The notes beneath the pieces were generated by a model. The model did no database searches. It had not been told where the DNA came from and saw nothing but the letters and a program-made list of their open reading frames with translations. The position numbers were made by a program, and so were the translations under genes. DNA of 64,000 nucleotides from an uncultured Prevotella sp. (GTDB lineage: Bacteria > Bacteroidota > Bacteroidia > Bacteroidales > Bacteroidaceae), in assembly GCA_900548585.1 (NCBI GenBank), contig URLI01000001.1, positions 24,529 to 88,528 of the forward strand. The letters run 5' to 3'. The stretch's first letter is position 1, and each line of letters opens with the position of its first letter. Of the stretch, positions 30,371 to 39,557 are shown piece by piece.

Positions 30371-31197
30371 TGCCCAGTCTTTTTCATTCTAACGATTTCC
30401 GCCACTTTATCGCATACGGTTCTGTGGTTGTCCTCAAAATAAGAACCTGGCATGTCACGCAGGCCAGCCTCAAAACTGCGTATGCCCCTCACTCCGTCGG
30501 CAAATATTCTCTCCACCTGCTCCATGCTCTCCGTCTTCGACGTGTCGCAGAACGCCCTTGACAGTATTGCCATGCCGGAGTGCAGCCTGTAATGCTCTGC
30601 AATGATGTTCCTGCCCGAGATCAGTCCGCCGTCGAGCGCCGCGATTCCCCCGAACCCGAAGAACATGCCGTGTGCATTGAGCTTCGCGGCAATCTCGTCC
30701 ACCTTGCCGTTGGCAAGCAGCTCGAAAAGGAATGTCAGCCCGTAGTCGAGGTGCAGGTCGTTAAGCCCGACGTGAACCTCGTCCACCCCGGTGTCGGCAA
30801 TGGCATCCTCTATCATTCCCTCTGCGTCCCTCGTCTCGAGGAGAAGCATGGCGCGGGCCTTGCCGCCAACATAATCCACGAAGCGCAGCACCTCGTCCAT
30901 CGTCCTCCACATTGGGAGCATCACGATGTCTGCGCCGCGTGCCACGATCTCTCTTATCTCCTCGCGGCTTCCCTCATAAATCGGGTTGCAGCGCACGAGC
31001 AGTTGCGAACGCCCAAGCCTTTCCTTTACCTTGTCAATGTCGTGCAGCGAGTGATGCGACTTCACCGAGTCTATATGCCCCTGACGCTCCTCCTTGCCCC
31101 GTGTCTCGAGGTCTATGAAAATTCTGTCAACACCATTCCTCTCGGCAATCTCCGCCACACCGGGACTGTTGGTGATATACATAAGGTTCAATGCCAT
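30367..31197 (-). CDS. HpcH/HpaI aldolase / citrate lyase family protein
   Basis: IFIDLE, LLVRCNP, MLP, LLLET and VGLNDL motifs. Confidence 0.82.
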   Translation of the reverse strand: MALNLMYITNSPGVAEIAERNGVDRIFIDLETRGKEERQGHIDSVKSHHSLHDIDKVKERLGRSQLLVRCNPIYEGSREEIREIVARGADIVMLPMWRTMDEVLRFVDYVGGKARAMLLLETRDAEGMIEDAIADTGVDEVHVGLNDLHLDYGLTFLFELLANGKVDEIAAKLNAHGMFFGFGGIAALDGGLISGRNIIAEHYRLHSGMAILSRAFCDTSKTESMEQVERIFADGVRGIRSFEAGLRDMPGSYFEDNHRTVCDKVAEIVRMKKTGQ

Positions 31198-31277
31198 GTC
31201 CGAAAAAACTATCCTATATTAGGATAACACAAAAGTTGCGCGTTTATTGCATGCCGCCGTTACATAATAATGTGCCA

Positions 31278-32111
31278 TCATTTCATCTTGCCAATGTGTG
31301 ACATCGCAACTGCGGCGATCCTTGTCATAAAGAACACGAGATTGTATCGCGCGGGGTCCGACAGGTAAATGCGAGCGTATGCGCCCCACGTCCTGAACAT
31401 GTTGCCGGCAAGGAACGCTCTCGACTTCCGGGAGCGGCTCGCGGACCCCATGCGTACCCTGCGGAAATAAACCGCAGCGTCACCGGCAATCCTTATCGTT
31501 TTCAGTCCATCGGTGATGGAGGCCATGAAGAGCGAGTCCTCGCCTATCCTGAAACGGCAGTCAAACCTGTGGCCGCCAATCATCGTGCGCGGTATCATCT
31601 TGCAGCACGACGACGACAGAAAACTCCTGCCCGACAGCAAGGGGGCTGTTTCCCGGCCGTAAAAACGCCTGTAGGCCCTTGCGATATAGTCGTCGCCTGA
31701 CACGTTGCCGTCCTCGTCAAAGTTCCTGACATCAGCGACCGCCATGCAGTCTGGCGACTTTATTTCTTCCTTCAGCGCTTCGAGGTATCCACGCGATACG
31801 CGGTCGTCGTCGTCTATGAAACAGATGTTCGCCCCACGGGCGTTCTCGATACCGATGTTCCGTGCGTTCGACACGCCGGGCGTGTCGGTCTGCAAGAGCC
31901 GTGCCTGCAAATCGCCATGCCGCCCAATCCATTGCGCCACGCCGCTGCGGTATGGCTCGTTGCAGCCGTTCAGCACGACCACCACCTCGAACATGTCCTT
32001 GTCCAAGGTCTGCGAAAAAACAGAGTCCAGGCACTCGTAGAGGTATGCCTGCGGTTTGTATGTGGGTATTATTACCGTTACTTCCGGCTTCATTGTCATC
32101 AGGCTTTGCAT
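31278..32111 (-). CDS. Family 2 glycosyltransferase
   Basis: VTVIIPTY, GVSNARN, FIDDDD and GED motifs. Confidence 0.88.
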   Translation of the reverse strand: MQSLMTMKPEVTVIIPTYKPQAYLYECLDSVFSQTLDKDMFEVVVVLNGCNEPYRSGVAQWIGRHGDLQARLLQTDTPGVSNARNIGIENARGANICFIDDDDRVSRGYLEALKEEIKSPDCMAVADVRNFDEDGNVSGDDYIARAYRRFYGRETAPLLSGRSFLSSSCCKMIPRTMIGGHRFDCRFRIGEDSLFMASITDGLKTIRIAGDAAVYFRRVRMGSASRSRKSRAFLAGNMFRTWGAYARIYLSDPARYNLVFFMTRIAAVAMSHIGKMK

Positions 32112-32112
32112 G

Positions 32113-33267
32113 TCATTTCTGTGCATCGCGCAGCGCGTCGAGCAGTCCGTGCCCGAACTCCTCGTCAGGCTCGACATAGTTGCCCTCGCCCCATTCGTTC
32201 CACGACTTGAGGTATATTATCCGGTGCTCGTCCTCCTTGCGGCTGACGATGTCCATCGCCCTGCGTATGTGCCGCCCGAACTTCTCTGGCGTGACGTTCA
32301 CATACACCCCGTCTGCCGAAGCCACGCGCGGCGAGCGGTCCCATTGCGGCAGGATTGTCGGGAAAACGTTTTCCCACGCGTCCTCCGGGGCGAAGAAGTT
32401 GGCCACGGTGCGTTCGTAGTCGTAGCATTGGCTGCCCGCCGGCAGTCCCATCCGGCGCATCACCGCCTTTGCGATGTTCTTCACTTTCCCCTCGTAGAGC
32501 ATCTCGCCCCTGCGCTTGCCAAACGAGTTGACGGCATCGAATCCCAGTGACAGCACATGGTTGTAAATCTCCGCGCTGCTCCTGAGGTTGGGCATTGCCG
32601 GCTGGCGTTTGCCGTCTGGGGTGATCTTGAATGAAAGCGTGGAGGGTGTCATGCCGACGAAATAAAACCCCGGCAGCCCATGCTCCGCCGCGAGTCGCTG
32701 CCACAGCTCAATGAAATCGCCGACGTGCGGGAAGCCGAGCGGGTCGTATATGGTGAACAGCAGCTTGCCGTCAACGGTCATGTAGCGCCTGTCGCGGAAG
32801 GCGTCGAGGAGCGACAGGAAATGTGCCGTGTCGTCCTCACGTCCCGGATAGGTCTGTTCCACCATCAGTCCGTCGCGCTGCAGCGCCGACGTGCGCCGCC
32901 ATGTCTTGTTGCTCCATGTGTGGTTTGCCCAGCAGATGCAGAACGGGAAATCCGGCTTGCCGCTTGCCACCACCTCGTTGAACGGCCTCTCGAGCAGTTG
33001 CTTGCCGCCTCCGAACCAGTAGTGGTAGTAGCAGAAGCCCTCGATGCCGGCCTCGCGTGCCAGCCGCGCCTGTTGCTCGCGCGTCTCCGGCAGTCGCAGG
33101 TCATAGAACCCGAGGTCGGCAGGGATGCGCGGCTGCCGGTGCCCACGGAACAACGGCTTTGCCCGGACAACGTTTATCCACTCCGTGAACCCCGGTCCCC
33201 ACCACAGGTCGTTTTCCGGGATGGGGTGGAATTGCGGCAGGTAGAGGGCAATGATTCGTACTTTCAT
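32113..33267 (-). CDS. WbsX-like / GH99-like domain protein
   Basis: YLPQFHPIPEND, GFTEW, LGFYDLR and SWNEWGEG motifs. Confidence 0.88.
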   Translation of the reverse strand: MKVRIIALYLPQFHPIPENDLWWGPGFTEWINVVRAKPLFRGHRQPRIPADLGFYDLRLPETREQQARLAREAGIEGFCYYHYWFGGGKQLLERPFNEVVASGKPDFPFCICWANHTWSNKTWRRTSALQRDGLMVEQTYPGREDDTAHFLSLLDAFRDRRYMTVDGKLLFTIYDPLGFPHVGDFIELWQRLAAEHGLPGFYFVGMTPSTLSFKITPDGKRQPAMPNLRSSAEIYNHVLSLGFDAVNSFGKRRGEMLYEGKVKNIAKAVMRRMGLPAGSQCYDYERTVANFFAPEDAWENVFPTILPQWDRSPRVASADGVYVNVTPEKFGRHIRRAMDIVSRKEDEHRIIYLKSWNEWGEGNYVEPDEEFGHGLLDALRDAQK

Positions 33268-33558
33268 TAAAAAATGTCTGTTGCGATTTTATGGATTGCA
33301 AAGGTAGCAAATAATCCGCTAAAACGTGAATAATATTCGTGCCTTTAACGCAAATGCACGCAAAGGGGCTGTTATCCCCGACCCAAATCGTTCCCCTGCG
33401 CCAAAAATGATTGCCGGCGACTGCCAAAGCTGCATTGTTGCCGCTGCTTGGTTTCCTCCGCCTTGCCGCCGCACTTTTCCCGCGACATGAACGCCAAAAG
33501 TATCATGCATCAATGCGCTGGCAACGAACCGTATTACAGTCAGTTGCCGACAAGAAAG

Positions 33559-33663
33559 CAAACTCGGCGAATTTACCGACCAAACTCGGCGAATTTACCG
33601 ACCAAATTCGGCGAATTTACCGACCAAACTCGGCGAATTTACACGGCAAACTCGGCGAATTTG
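33559..33663. repeat. 22-bp-period array C (5 units, CAAACTCGGCGAATTTA)
   Basis: Cores at 33559, 33581, 33603, 33625 and 33647. Confidence 0.95.
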
Positions 33664-33690
33664 CGTTAAAACATGATGCCGGTGACGGCA

Positions 33691-34881
33691 TCATTTGCCG
33701 TCACAAGCGGCAGAGGAGAGTATTTTCCTGTAGAATGACAATATCGAACTGGCGTAATTTTCACTTGAATAAAGCGTCCTCACGGTTTCCCTTGCCACGC
33801 TGGTAATGCTGCGGTACTCCTCGTCCGGCATCCTTTCCGCTTCCGCCAGCATGTCGGCAAGTTGTTCGGCAGTGTCGAAACGCAGTGCTATGTCGCGCCC
33901 CGTGAGCCGTTTCCCGTTTTCAAGCTGTTCCAGTGTGCCGCCGGTGTTTCTCGCTATGGCGAGGCAGCCGCAAAGCATCGCCTCGGGCATGCACCGTCCG
34001 AAAGCCTCGAAGCGTGACGGGATTACTATGGCACGCGCCTGCCGCATCACGTCTTCTATGTCTGCGCGGACACCGAGGAATTTCACTTTGCCGGTTATGC
34101 CGCCCTCCTCAATCTCCCTTTCCAGTTTCCGCCTCGCTTCCCCGCTGCCAAAGTTGCCCGCAAGATACAGCGGCAGTGGCTCTCCGCCGCATCGCCCGCA
34201 GTATGAGGCATAGCCCTGCATGAGTATGTCAAGTCCCTTGGCAGGTTCCAGCCGCCCGGCGAAAAGGAAGAAGCCGCCACGGCGGCATGCGTTTTCCTCC
34301 TGCCGTGCTGCCGTGCGAATGCCGTTATATATCACGACCGAGCGCGGGTTTCCCTGCATACGGTTATGCCGCCGTATGTCGTTAGTGATGCAGATGGAAT
34401 AACTGTCCGGTGAAAGCAAACGCTTCGTGAAATGCCGCCTGCATGGGTAGTACGCCATGTTGAAGTCACGGTCTGCGTATTCGCGTATGTGGTATATGTG
34501 TGGCACGCCCAGCTTTCTTGCGGCCATGAAGCCCACGTCTATCACGCTGACATTGGTGTGTATTATGTCAACGCCCTTCTCCCCGAGGCGACCCGCAAGC
34601 CTTGCGGCGGCCTTATGGTTGAGGTACAGGCGGCCGAGCAGCCTTGGCGCGAAAAGCAGGTAATCCGATACGGTGTCCAGCCACGGGTATACGGCAGGAC
34701 GATATTTCAATATCATCGTGTCTATCCCCCGTGACGCCAGCTCGCCATAGAGTTTTCCCTTGTCAGGAAGCACCACCGTGGGTGTCACCCCGGCATCAAC
34801 CGCGCTCTCAAGTAGTGTCATGAAAGACTTGGTCGCGCCGTTCTGCATCTGTGTTGAGTTGAGTATGTATGCCACCTTCAT
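33691..34881 (-). CDS. Family 4 glycosyltransferase
   Basis: HIRE, IYNG, GRLEPAKG and EAFGRCMPEAM motifs. Confidence 0.9.
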   Translation of the reverse strand: MKVAYILNSTQMQNGATKSFMTLLESAVDAGVTPTVVLPDKGKLYGELASRGIDTMILKYRPAVYPWLDTVSDYLLFAPRLLGRLYLNHKAAARLAGRLGEKGVDIIHTNVSVIDVGFMAARKLGVPHIYHIREYADRDFNMAYYPCRRHFTKRLLSPDSYSICITNDIRRHNRMQGNPRSVVIYNGIRTAARQEENACRRGGFFLFAGRLEPAKGLDILMQGYASYCGRCGGEPLPLYLAGNFGSGEARRKLEREIEEGGITGKVKFLGVRADIEDVMRQARAIVIPSRFEAFGRCMPEAMLCGCLAIARNTGGTLEQLENGKRLTGRDIALRFDTAEQLADMLAEAERMPDEEYRSITSVARETVRTLYSSENYASSILSFYRKILSSAACDGK

Positions 34882-34888
34882 TTCTCAG

Positions 34889-35827
34889 TCATTTTTGTGG
34901 GTATATCCAGTGAGGTCCTTTGGTTTTCTCCCTCTTTCTCGATTTCATTATGCGGCGCGCGCGGGCCAGCAGCCATGCCAGTTCCCTGGAGAATGTCCCG
35001 ATGACATATTCACGGTTCGGAAGTTTGCTGACATAGCAATTCTTCAACTGCCATGCGATTTCCCTTGCCACTGCCATGAAAGAGCTGTTCACGTCGCAGG
35101 CCGCAAGCAACATCGCGCGGCGTATCAGCCGGCTGTCATACACCTCCTTGTTCCCGTAGGTTTTCCTGTCGTGCCACATCTCCGCCGTCGGCACGAGGAA
35201 TGTCCTTATGCCGTGGAACGACATGCGGTCGTAGTAGTTGTTGTCCTCGCCATACTGGAAGAAAAGTGGGTTGAAGCCACCGATTTCCCTCAACATGCTT
35301 GCCGGCATCAGCCAGCACGCCGCACATATCTCGCCCGTCTCAAACCTCCCCGGCAGATGCCTCACGCCGGCAACGCCGACGGGCTTGCCTTCCTGCATGA
35401 CAACCGTGTTCTTGCCGAAGTTGGCGTCGAGCGCCGTTCCGTCGCCATTCATGTGGACTGGGGACATGAGCGAGCGGCCGTCGCTTTGCCCAAGCAGCAG
35501 AGCGATGGTGCCGGGCAGCACCGCCGCGTCCTGATTGAGCAGCAGCACATGGTCGGCCCCGTGCTCCATCGCATAGCGCAGGCCTACGTTGTTGGCCTGA
35601 CCGAAACCGAGGTTGGTGTCCTGGGGGAGCCACACGGCGTCAGGATATGCCGAAGGCACATGACTGCGCGTGCCGTCGGTTGAGCAGTTGTCCACGACAA
35701 CCGGTGTCACCGCGACGGTGCTCGCCCGCAGGCTGCGCAGGCAGCGGTCTATCCACGAGTGGCGCATGGCGTTCCACGTCACTATGACGGCGTATATCTT
35801 ATGGTTCTTCCGGCTCATGTCCGTCAT
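34889..35827 (-). CDS. Family 2 glycosyltransferase
   Basis: VIVTWN, VDNCSTD, NLGFGQANN, LLNQD and YGED motifs. Confidence 0.9.
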   Translation of the reverse strand: MTDMSRKNHKIYAVIVTWNAMRHSWIDRCLRSLRASTVAVTPVVVDNCSTDGTRSHVPSAYPDAVWLPQDTNLGFGQANNVGLRYAMEHGADHVLLLNQDAAVLPGTIALLLGQSDGRSLMSPVHMNGDGTALDANFGKNTVVMQEGKPVGVAGVRHLPGRFETGEICAACWLMPASMLREIGGFNPLFFQYGEDNNYYDRMSFHGIRTFLVPTAEMWHDRKTYGNKEVYDSRLIRRAMLLAACDVNSSFMAVAREIAWQLKNCYVSKLPNREYVIGTFSRELAWLLARARRIMKSRKREKTKGPHWIYPQK

Positions 35828-37097
35828 CCTCCGATTGCGCCAATTTCCTGTTCAGGCCAGACAGCACATACACCGCGAAGACCATTATCAGCATCAGCGT
35901 GTAGTGCCAGAAGGCGTATTTGTAATAGAATATGCCGAAGACGGGGACCACGGCAGACGTGAAAATGGCAAGTATCTCGCCAATGTCGAACTCCTCGCGG
36001 TGCTTCCTCTTCACTATGAGCATGTTCATGATGAAAAAGAACAGCACCCACGCCGTCATTCCCAATGGGGAAAGGTCGAGCATGACATCGCCAACGTATG
36101 CCGCGAACACGCTGATGAAGAAGCCCTGATGGCCCGAACGCTCGGCGCGCCGGTCTTTGTTTGAGTCAACCTTGTTGATAAAATGGTTCAACAGCGGGAA
36201 CTCCCGCTCCGAGCATATCTCGTCGTATTTCGCATTCTCCCAGAAAAAACAGAAGTTGAGATAGTTCTGGCCCGCATACTGGATTGCCCCTCCCTGCGCG
36301 CCTTCGTCGGTGTCGCCGAAGCGTGCGGCAGACACCGCGACTATGTATGCTGCCACTACCAGCATCATCGGCGTGCCGAAGATAAGCAACTTGCGCTTGA
36401 ATTTCCGGCTGAGGTTCTTCCAGAACAATATCAGGCAAAACGAGAACATCAGTGCATAGAGTATGAACTCAGTCCTGTCGGCGGCCTGCAACGCCGAGAT
36501 GGGAGTGGCCAGCGACGCGAAGAACAGCAGCGCGAGGAACCACCATCTTTTATTAGTGAAGCACGAGTAATAGAAGAACAGGGGCAGTGCCATCAGCGTT
36601 GACAATTTGAGGTAATAGAAATATCCGAGTATTGCGGGAAGTGTCAGCACCTTTGCCTCTGCCGGGGTCTCTATGCCTTCATAGTGAGCGCGCCTCACAG
36701 TCTCGAGGTCTCCGCCCAGTATCTCCGCCGTCGAGTCTGCCACGAGCCAGAAATTGAGTATCGCCACGCCTATGAGTATGATGCTGATTGCCATGACGAG
36801 ATGCGGCGTGCCGTTTGAAACGTTCTTGATCTCCTTGCTGTAAATCATGGAGAAGGGGATTATCCCCAGGGCAATGGTGACACAGAAAATGATTGTGGGC
36901 AGGGCGTTCAACTCAATGTCGTATTTGTCGAACAGTATTCCTCCAGCGTCAATGAGATCGAACTGCACAATAACTATGCTGAGGAAAGTGGTGAAGGCAT
37001 AAAGTCCGGACATATAGGTGCAGACATCCAGTCCGTGACCCTTTTTCCACCAGTATATCGTCAGCAGCAGGAAGAATATGAATGGTATGAATATCAT
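35799..37097 (-). CDS. wzy: Polysaccharide repeat-unit polymerase (Wzy-like)
   Basis: Many TM segments with a large loop; next to the flippase; start chosen at MIFIPF. Confidence 0.7.
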   Translation of the reverse strand: MIFIPFIFFLLLTIYWWKKGHGLDVCTYMSGLYAFTTFLSIVIVQFDLIDAGGILFDKYDIELNALPTIIFCVTIALGIIPFSMIYSKEIKNVSNGTPHLVMAISIILIGVAILNFWLVADSTAEILGGDLETVRRAHYEGIETPAEAKVLTLPAILGYFYYLKLSTLMALPLFFYYSCFTNKRWWFLALLFFASLATPISALQAADRTEFILYALMFSFCLILFWKNLSRKFKRKLLIFGTPMMLVVAAYIVAVSAARFGDTDEGAQGGAIQYAGQNYLNFCFFWENAKYDEICSEREFPLLNHFINKVDSNKDRRAERSGHQGFFISVFAAYVGDVMLDLSPLGMTAWVLFFFIMNMLIVKRKHREEFDIGEILAIFTSAVVPVFGIFYYKYAFWHYTLMLIMVFAVYVLSGLNRKLAQSEDDGHEPEEP

Positions 37098-37105
37098 GGG
37101 AGCGC

Positions 37106-38437
37106 TTATTTTGATTTTAGTAGATAAACGAGGTCTTTCCACCCGCCACAGAACACGCGCGTCTGCCTGACGAAGATGTGCCGGTATGCGGGAATGAATG
37201 CATCCGAGAGATAACCGGCAGTGAGGTTGCTCATTATGGCAATGAAGGCTGCCGCGATGATGCCGTAGCGCGGGAGCAGAAAGTAATTGAGGGACACGCA
37301 GACTATGCAGCCGGTGATGTCGCGCAATATCGCCCATTTCTGTATTCCCTCGATTATCAGCATCTTGCCTGCGGAACTGGACAGCGCCACGGTGACACTC
37401 TTGAACGCAAGGACGGCAAGCACAATGCCCGCGCCGACATACTGGCGGCCAAACAGCAGCAGGAGAATCCACTTGGAAAGAAGCGAGACGACCAATGCCA
37501 CGAGGAACGTTGACCAGAACGAGATGTTTATGAACCGCTGTGCCTTCTGGCGGTATTCGTCGTCCGACTTCTCCCTTGCGGACACGAGCACCGGGGTGAG
37601 CGTGTCGCTGAGAATGAAAGGTATGTAGATTATTATGTCAACAATGCGCACCGCAACCGAGAACATGCCAACCGCATTGTTGTCAAGCATCTGACCTATC
37701 ATCACCTGGTCGATGCGCTGGTATATTATCACGGCGGCGCTGGTGAACATGAGGGGGAATGACTCGCGGAGCAGGAACGCCGCTGTTTTCCTGTCGAACG
37801 ACCATGCCGTCAGTCTGCCGGCTTTCTTCTTGTATGACACCACATATCCTCCGGCTACGAGCACGGTGTCGAAGGTGGTGGCGGCGATGAACCAGACGAG
37901 GCCGGCGCCGGAAATGACGAGCGCGACCTTTATGAGCGCGCCGACGATGACCCTCGCGATCTCCGACTTCACCACATATTCATTATCGACAATAGCCATG
38001 AAATAGTTCCGGATAACGTTGAAACTGTTTGCTATCATCGATATGGCATAGAGGGCAACCATGCTGGTGGTGAAGCGGTCGGCCTCGAGTAAAAGCGACG
38101 TTGCGACACAGAGTATCAGGACGACGATGCCGAGCGAGAGTTTCAGACCGAACGCAGTGCCTATGTATTTGTTGTATTCCTGCTTGCTGCGCGCCTCCTC
38201 GCGTATCTCGATGCTGTCGAGACCGAAACTCGCCAGTATCTGGAAAAGCATGACATAACTGATGACGTAGTTCATGAGCCCGAACTGCTCAGGGCCCAAG
38301 TACCTCGTAACCAAGATGCCCACGAACAAAGACCCCAACAGATTGACTATTTTCCCGTTCAATGACCAGAAAAGGTTGGAGTATATTTTCTGCTTATAGG
38401 ATGAACTTACATATTTCTTCAGTAATCTTTTCAACAT
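37106..38437 (-). CDS. wzx: Repeat-unit flippase
   Basis: RYLGPEQFG and IYQRIDQVMIGQML motifs; multi-TM. Confidence 0.88.
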   Translation of the reverse strand: MLKRLLKKYVSSSYKQKIYSNLFWSLNGKIVNLLGSLFVGILVTRYLGPEQFGLMNYVISYVMLFQILASFGLDSIEIREEARSKQEYNKYIGTAFGLKLSLGIVVLILCVATSLLLEADRFTTSMVALYAISMIANSFNVIRNYFMAIVDNEYVVKSEIARVIVGALIKVALVISGAGLVWFIAATTFDTVLVAGGYVVSYKKKAGRLTAWSFDRKTAAFLLRESFPLMFTSAAVIIYQRIDQVMIGQMLDNNAVGMFSVAVRIVDIIIYIPFILSDTLTPVLVSAREKSDDEYRQKAQRFINISFWSTFLVALVVSLLSKWILLLLFGRQYVGAGIVLAVLAFKSVTVALSSSAGKMLIIEGIQKWAILRDITGCIVCVSLNYFLLPRYGIIAAAFIAIMSNLTAGYLSDAFIPAYRHIFVRQTRVFCGGWKDLVYLLKSK

Positions 38438-38469
38438 GGACTGATGATTGCGAAAACGGCGGCGGCGTT

Positions 38470-39525
38470 TCAACTCCTGAACTGAGCGACGACGTCGTCC
38501 TTAATACAATACAACACGATTATGATGAACGTGAACAACACCATTCCCAGCACGAAAGCCATGCGCTTGGGGCCGGAGGCCTTGTATGGCACGGCGGCGC
38601 CCTGGATTGTCGTGAATGCCGGGGTGCGCTCCTGAAGTTTCGCGACGGCGGCCTGATACTGTGTGTTCATCGCCGTGTAAGTGTTGAATTTCAACTGCAT
38701 GTCGTTCTCCAGGTCGTTCTGCTTTGCCCTGAAACTGGTCAGCACGACGTCTGTGTTGGCATCGGCATAGTCTCCGTATAGCTGTCGGGCCTTCTCGTAT
38801 CTGGCCTTTGCCTCGGCGGAAAGTTTCTTGTAGTGCTCAACGTCTATGCGCGCCTTGCTCGTGCGGTATTCCGTGATGCAGGCCTGGAGTTGCGAGCGCA
38901 CGGAGTCTGCAAGTGTCTTGCATATCAGCGGGTCCTGTGCCATTGTCGATATCGTGATGACACCTGTCTTCTTGTCGACGGAGATGGTTATGTCATTCCT
39001 TATCTTGCTTATGATGTCCTCGTCCTTGCGCGACAGGTGGTATGGGTCTTTTTTGCCGCCCTTGACATTCTTTGCCGGGTCATCGCTTTTGAACAACGAC
39101 TTGAGGAATTTGAACATTCCCGCCCACCAGGCGTGCTTCTGATTGCTTTTCAGGTAATCATAGTAGGTTGTGCTTATTTCCCCGTCGCTGCTGACAACCT
39201 TTATTTTGAACATGTCGAAAACGAACTTGTTGTCCTGTATGAGTTCCGGGTACAACAAGGGCGTGATGGCATCGTTGCTTTCCATGTTGCCGATGTTTAT
39301 GCCCAGGGATGAGGCTATGGAACTGAGCGAGCCACCGGTCATGGGGTTTGCAATCTCCGGCGCCATCTTCGTCTGCGTGCTGTATGTCCTCGGTATGCAC
39401 AGGATATACGCCGCAGACAGTACGAACACTATGGGCAACGTTATGTAGAACAGCCTTCTTCTCTGCCATACCTTTACCAGAACGGTCTTAAAATCTATAA
39501 CATTTTGCTTTTTGTATTCTTTCAT
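38470..39525 (-). CDS. wzz: Chain-length determinant
   Basis: Two terminal TMs flanking a coiled coil; ERTPAF...P..ASGPKR motif. Confidence 0.82.
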   Translation of the reverse strand: MKEYKKQNVIDFKTVLVKVWQRRRLFYITLPIVFVLSAAYILCIPRTYSTQTKMAPEIANPMTGGSLSSIASSLGINIGNMESNDAITPLLYPELIQDNKFVFDMFKIKVVSSDGEISTTYYDYLKSNQKHAWWAGMFKFLKSLFKSDDPAKNVKGGKKDPYHLSRKDEDIISKIRNDITISVDKKTGVITISTMAQDPLICKTLADSVRSQLQACITEYRTSKARIDVEHYKKLSAEAKARYEKARQLYGDYADANTDVVLTSFRAKQNDLENDMQLKFNTYTAMNTQYQAAVAKLQERTPAFTTIQGAAVPYKASGPKRMAFVLGMVLFTFIIIVLYCIKDDVVAQFRS

Positions 39526-39557
39526 TTCGAAACGCTTTTCAATATCCTTCCCTTGTG

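Noticed and set aside
33411..33806. ORFs with repetitive peptides (PNSANL, TKLGEF), also at 44839-45074
   Set aside because: They are translations of the 22-bp DNA arrays; the period is not a multiple of 3.
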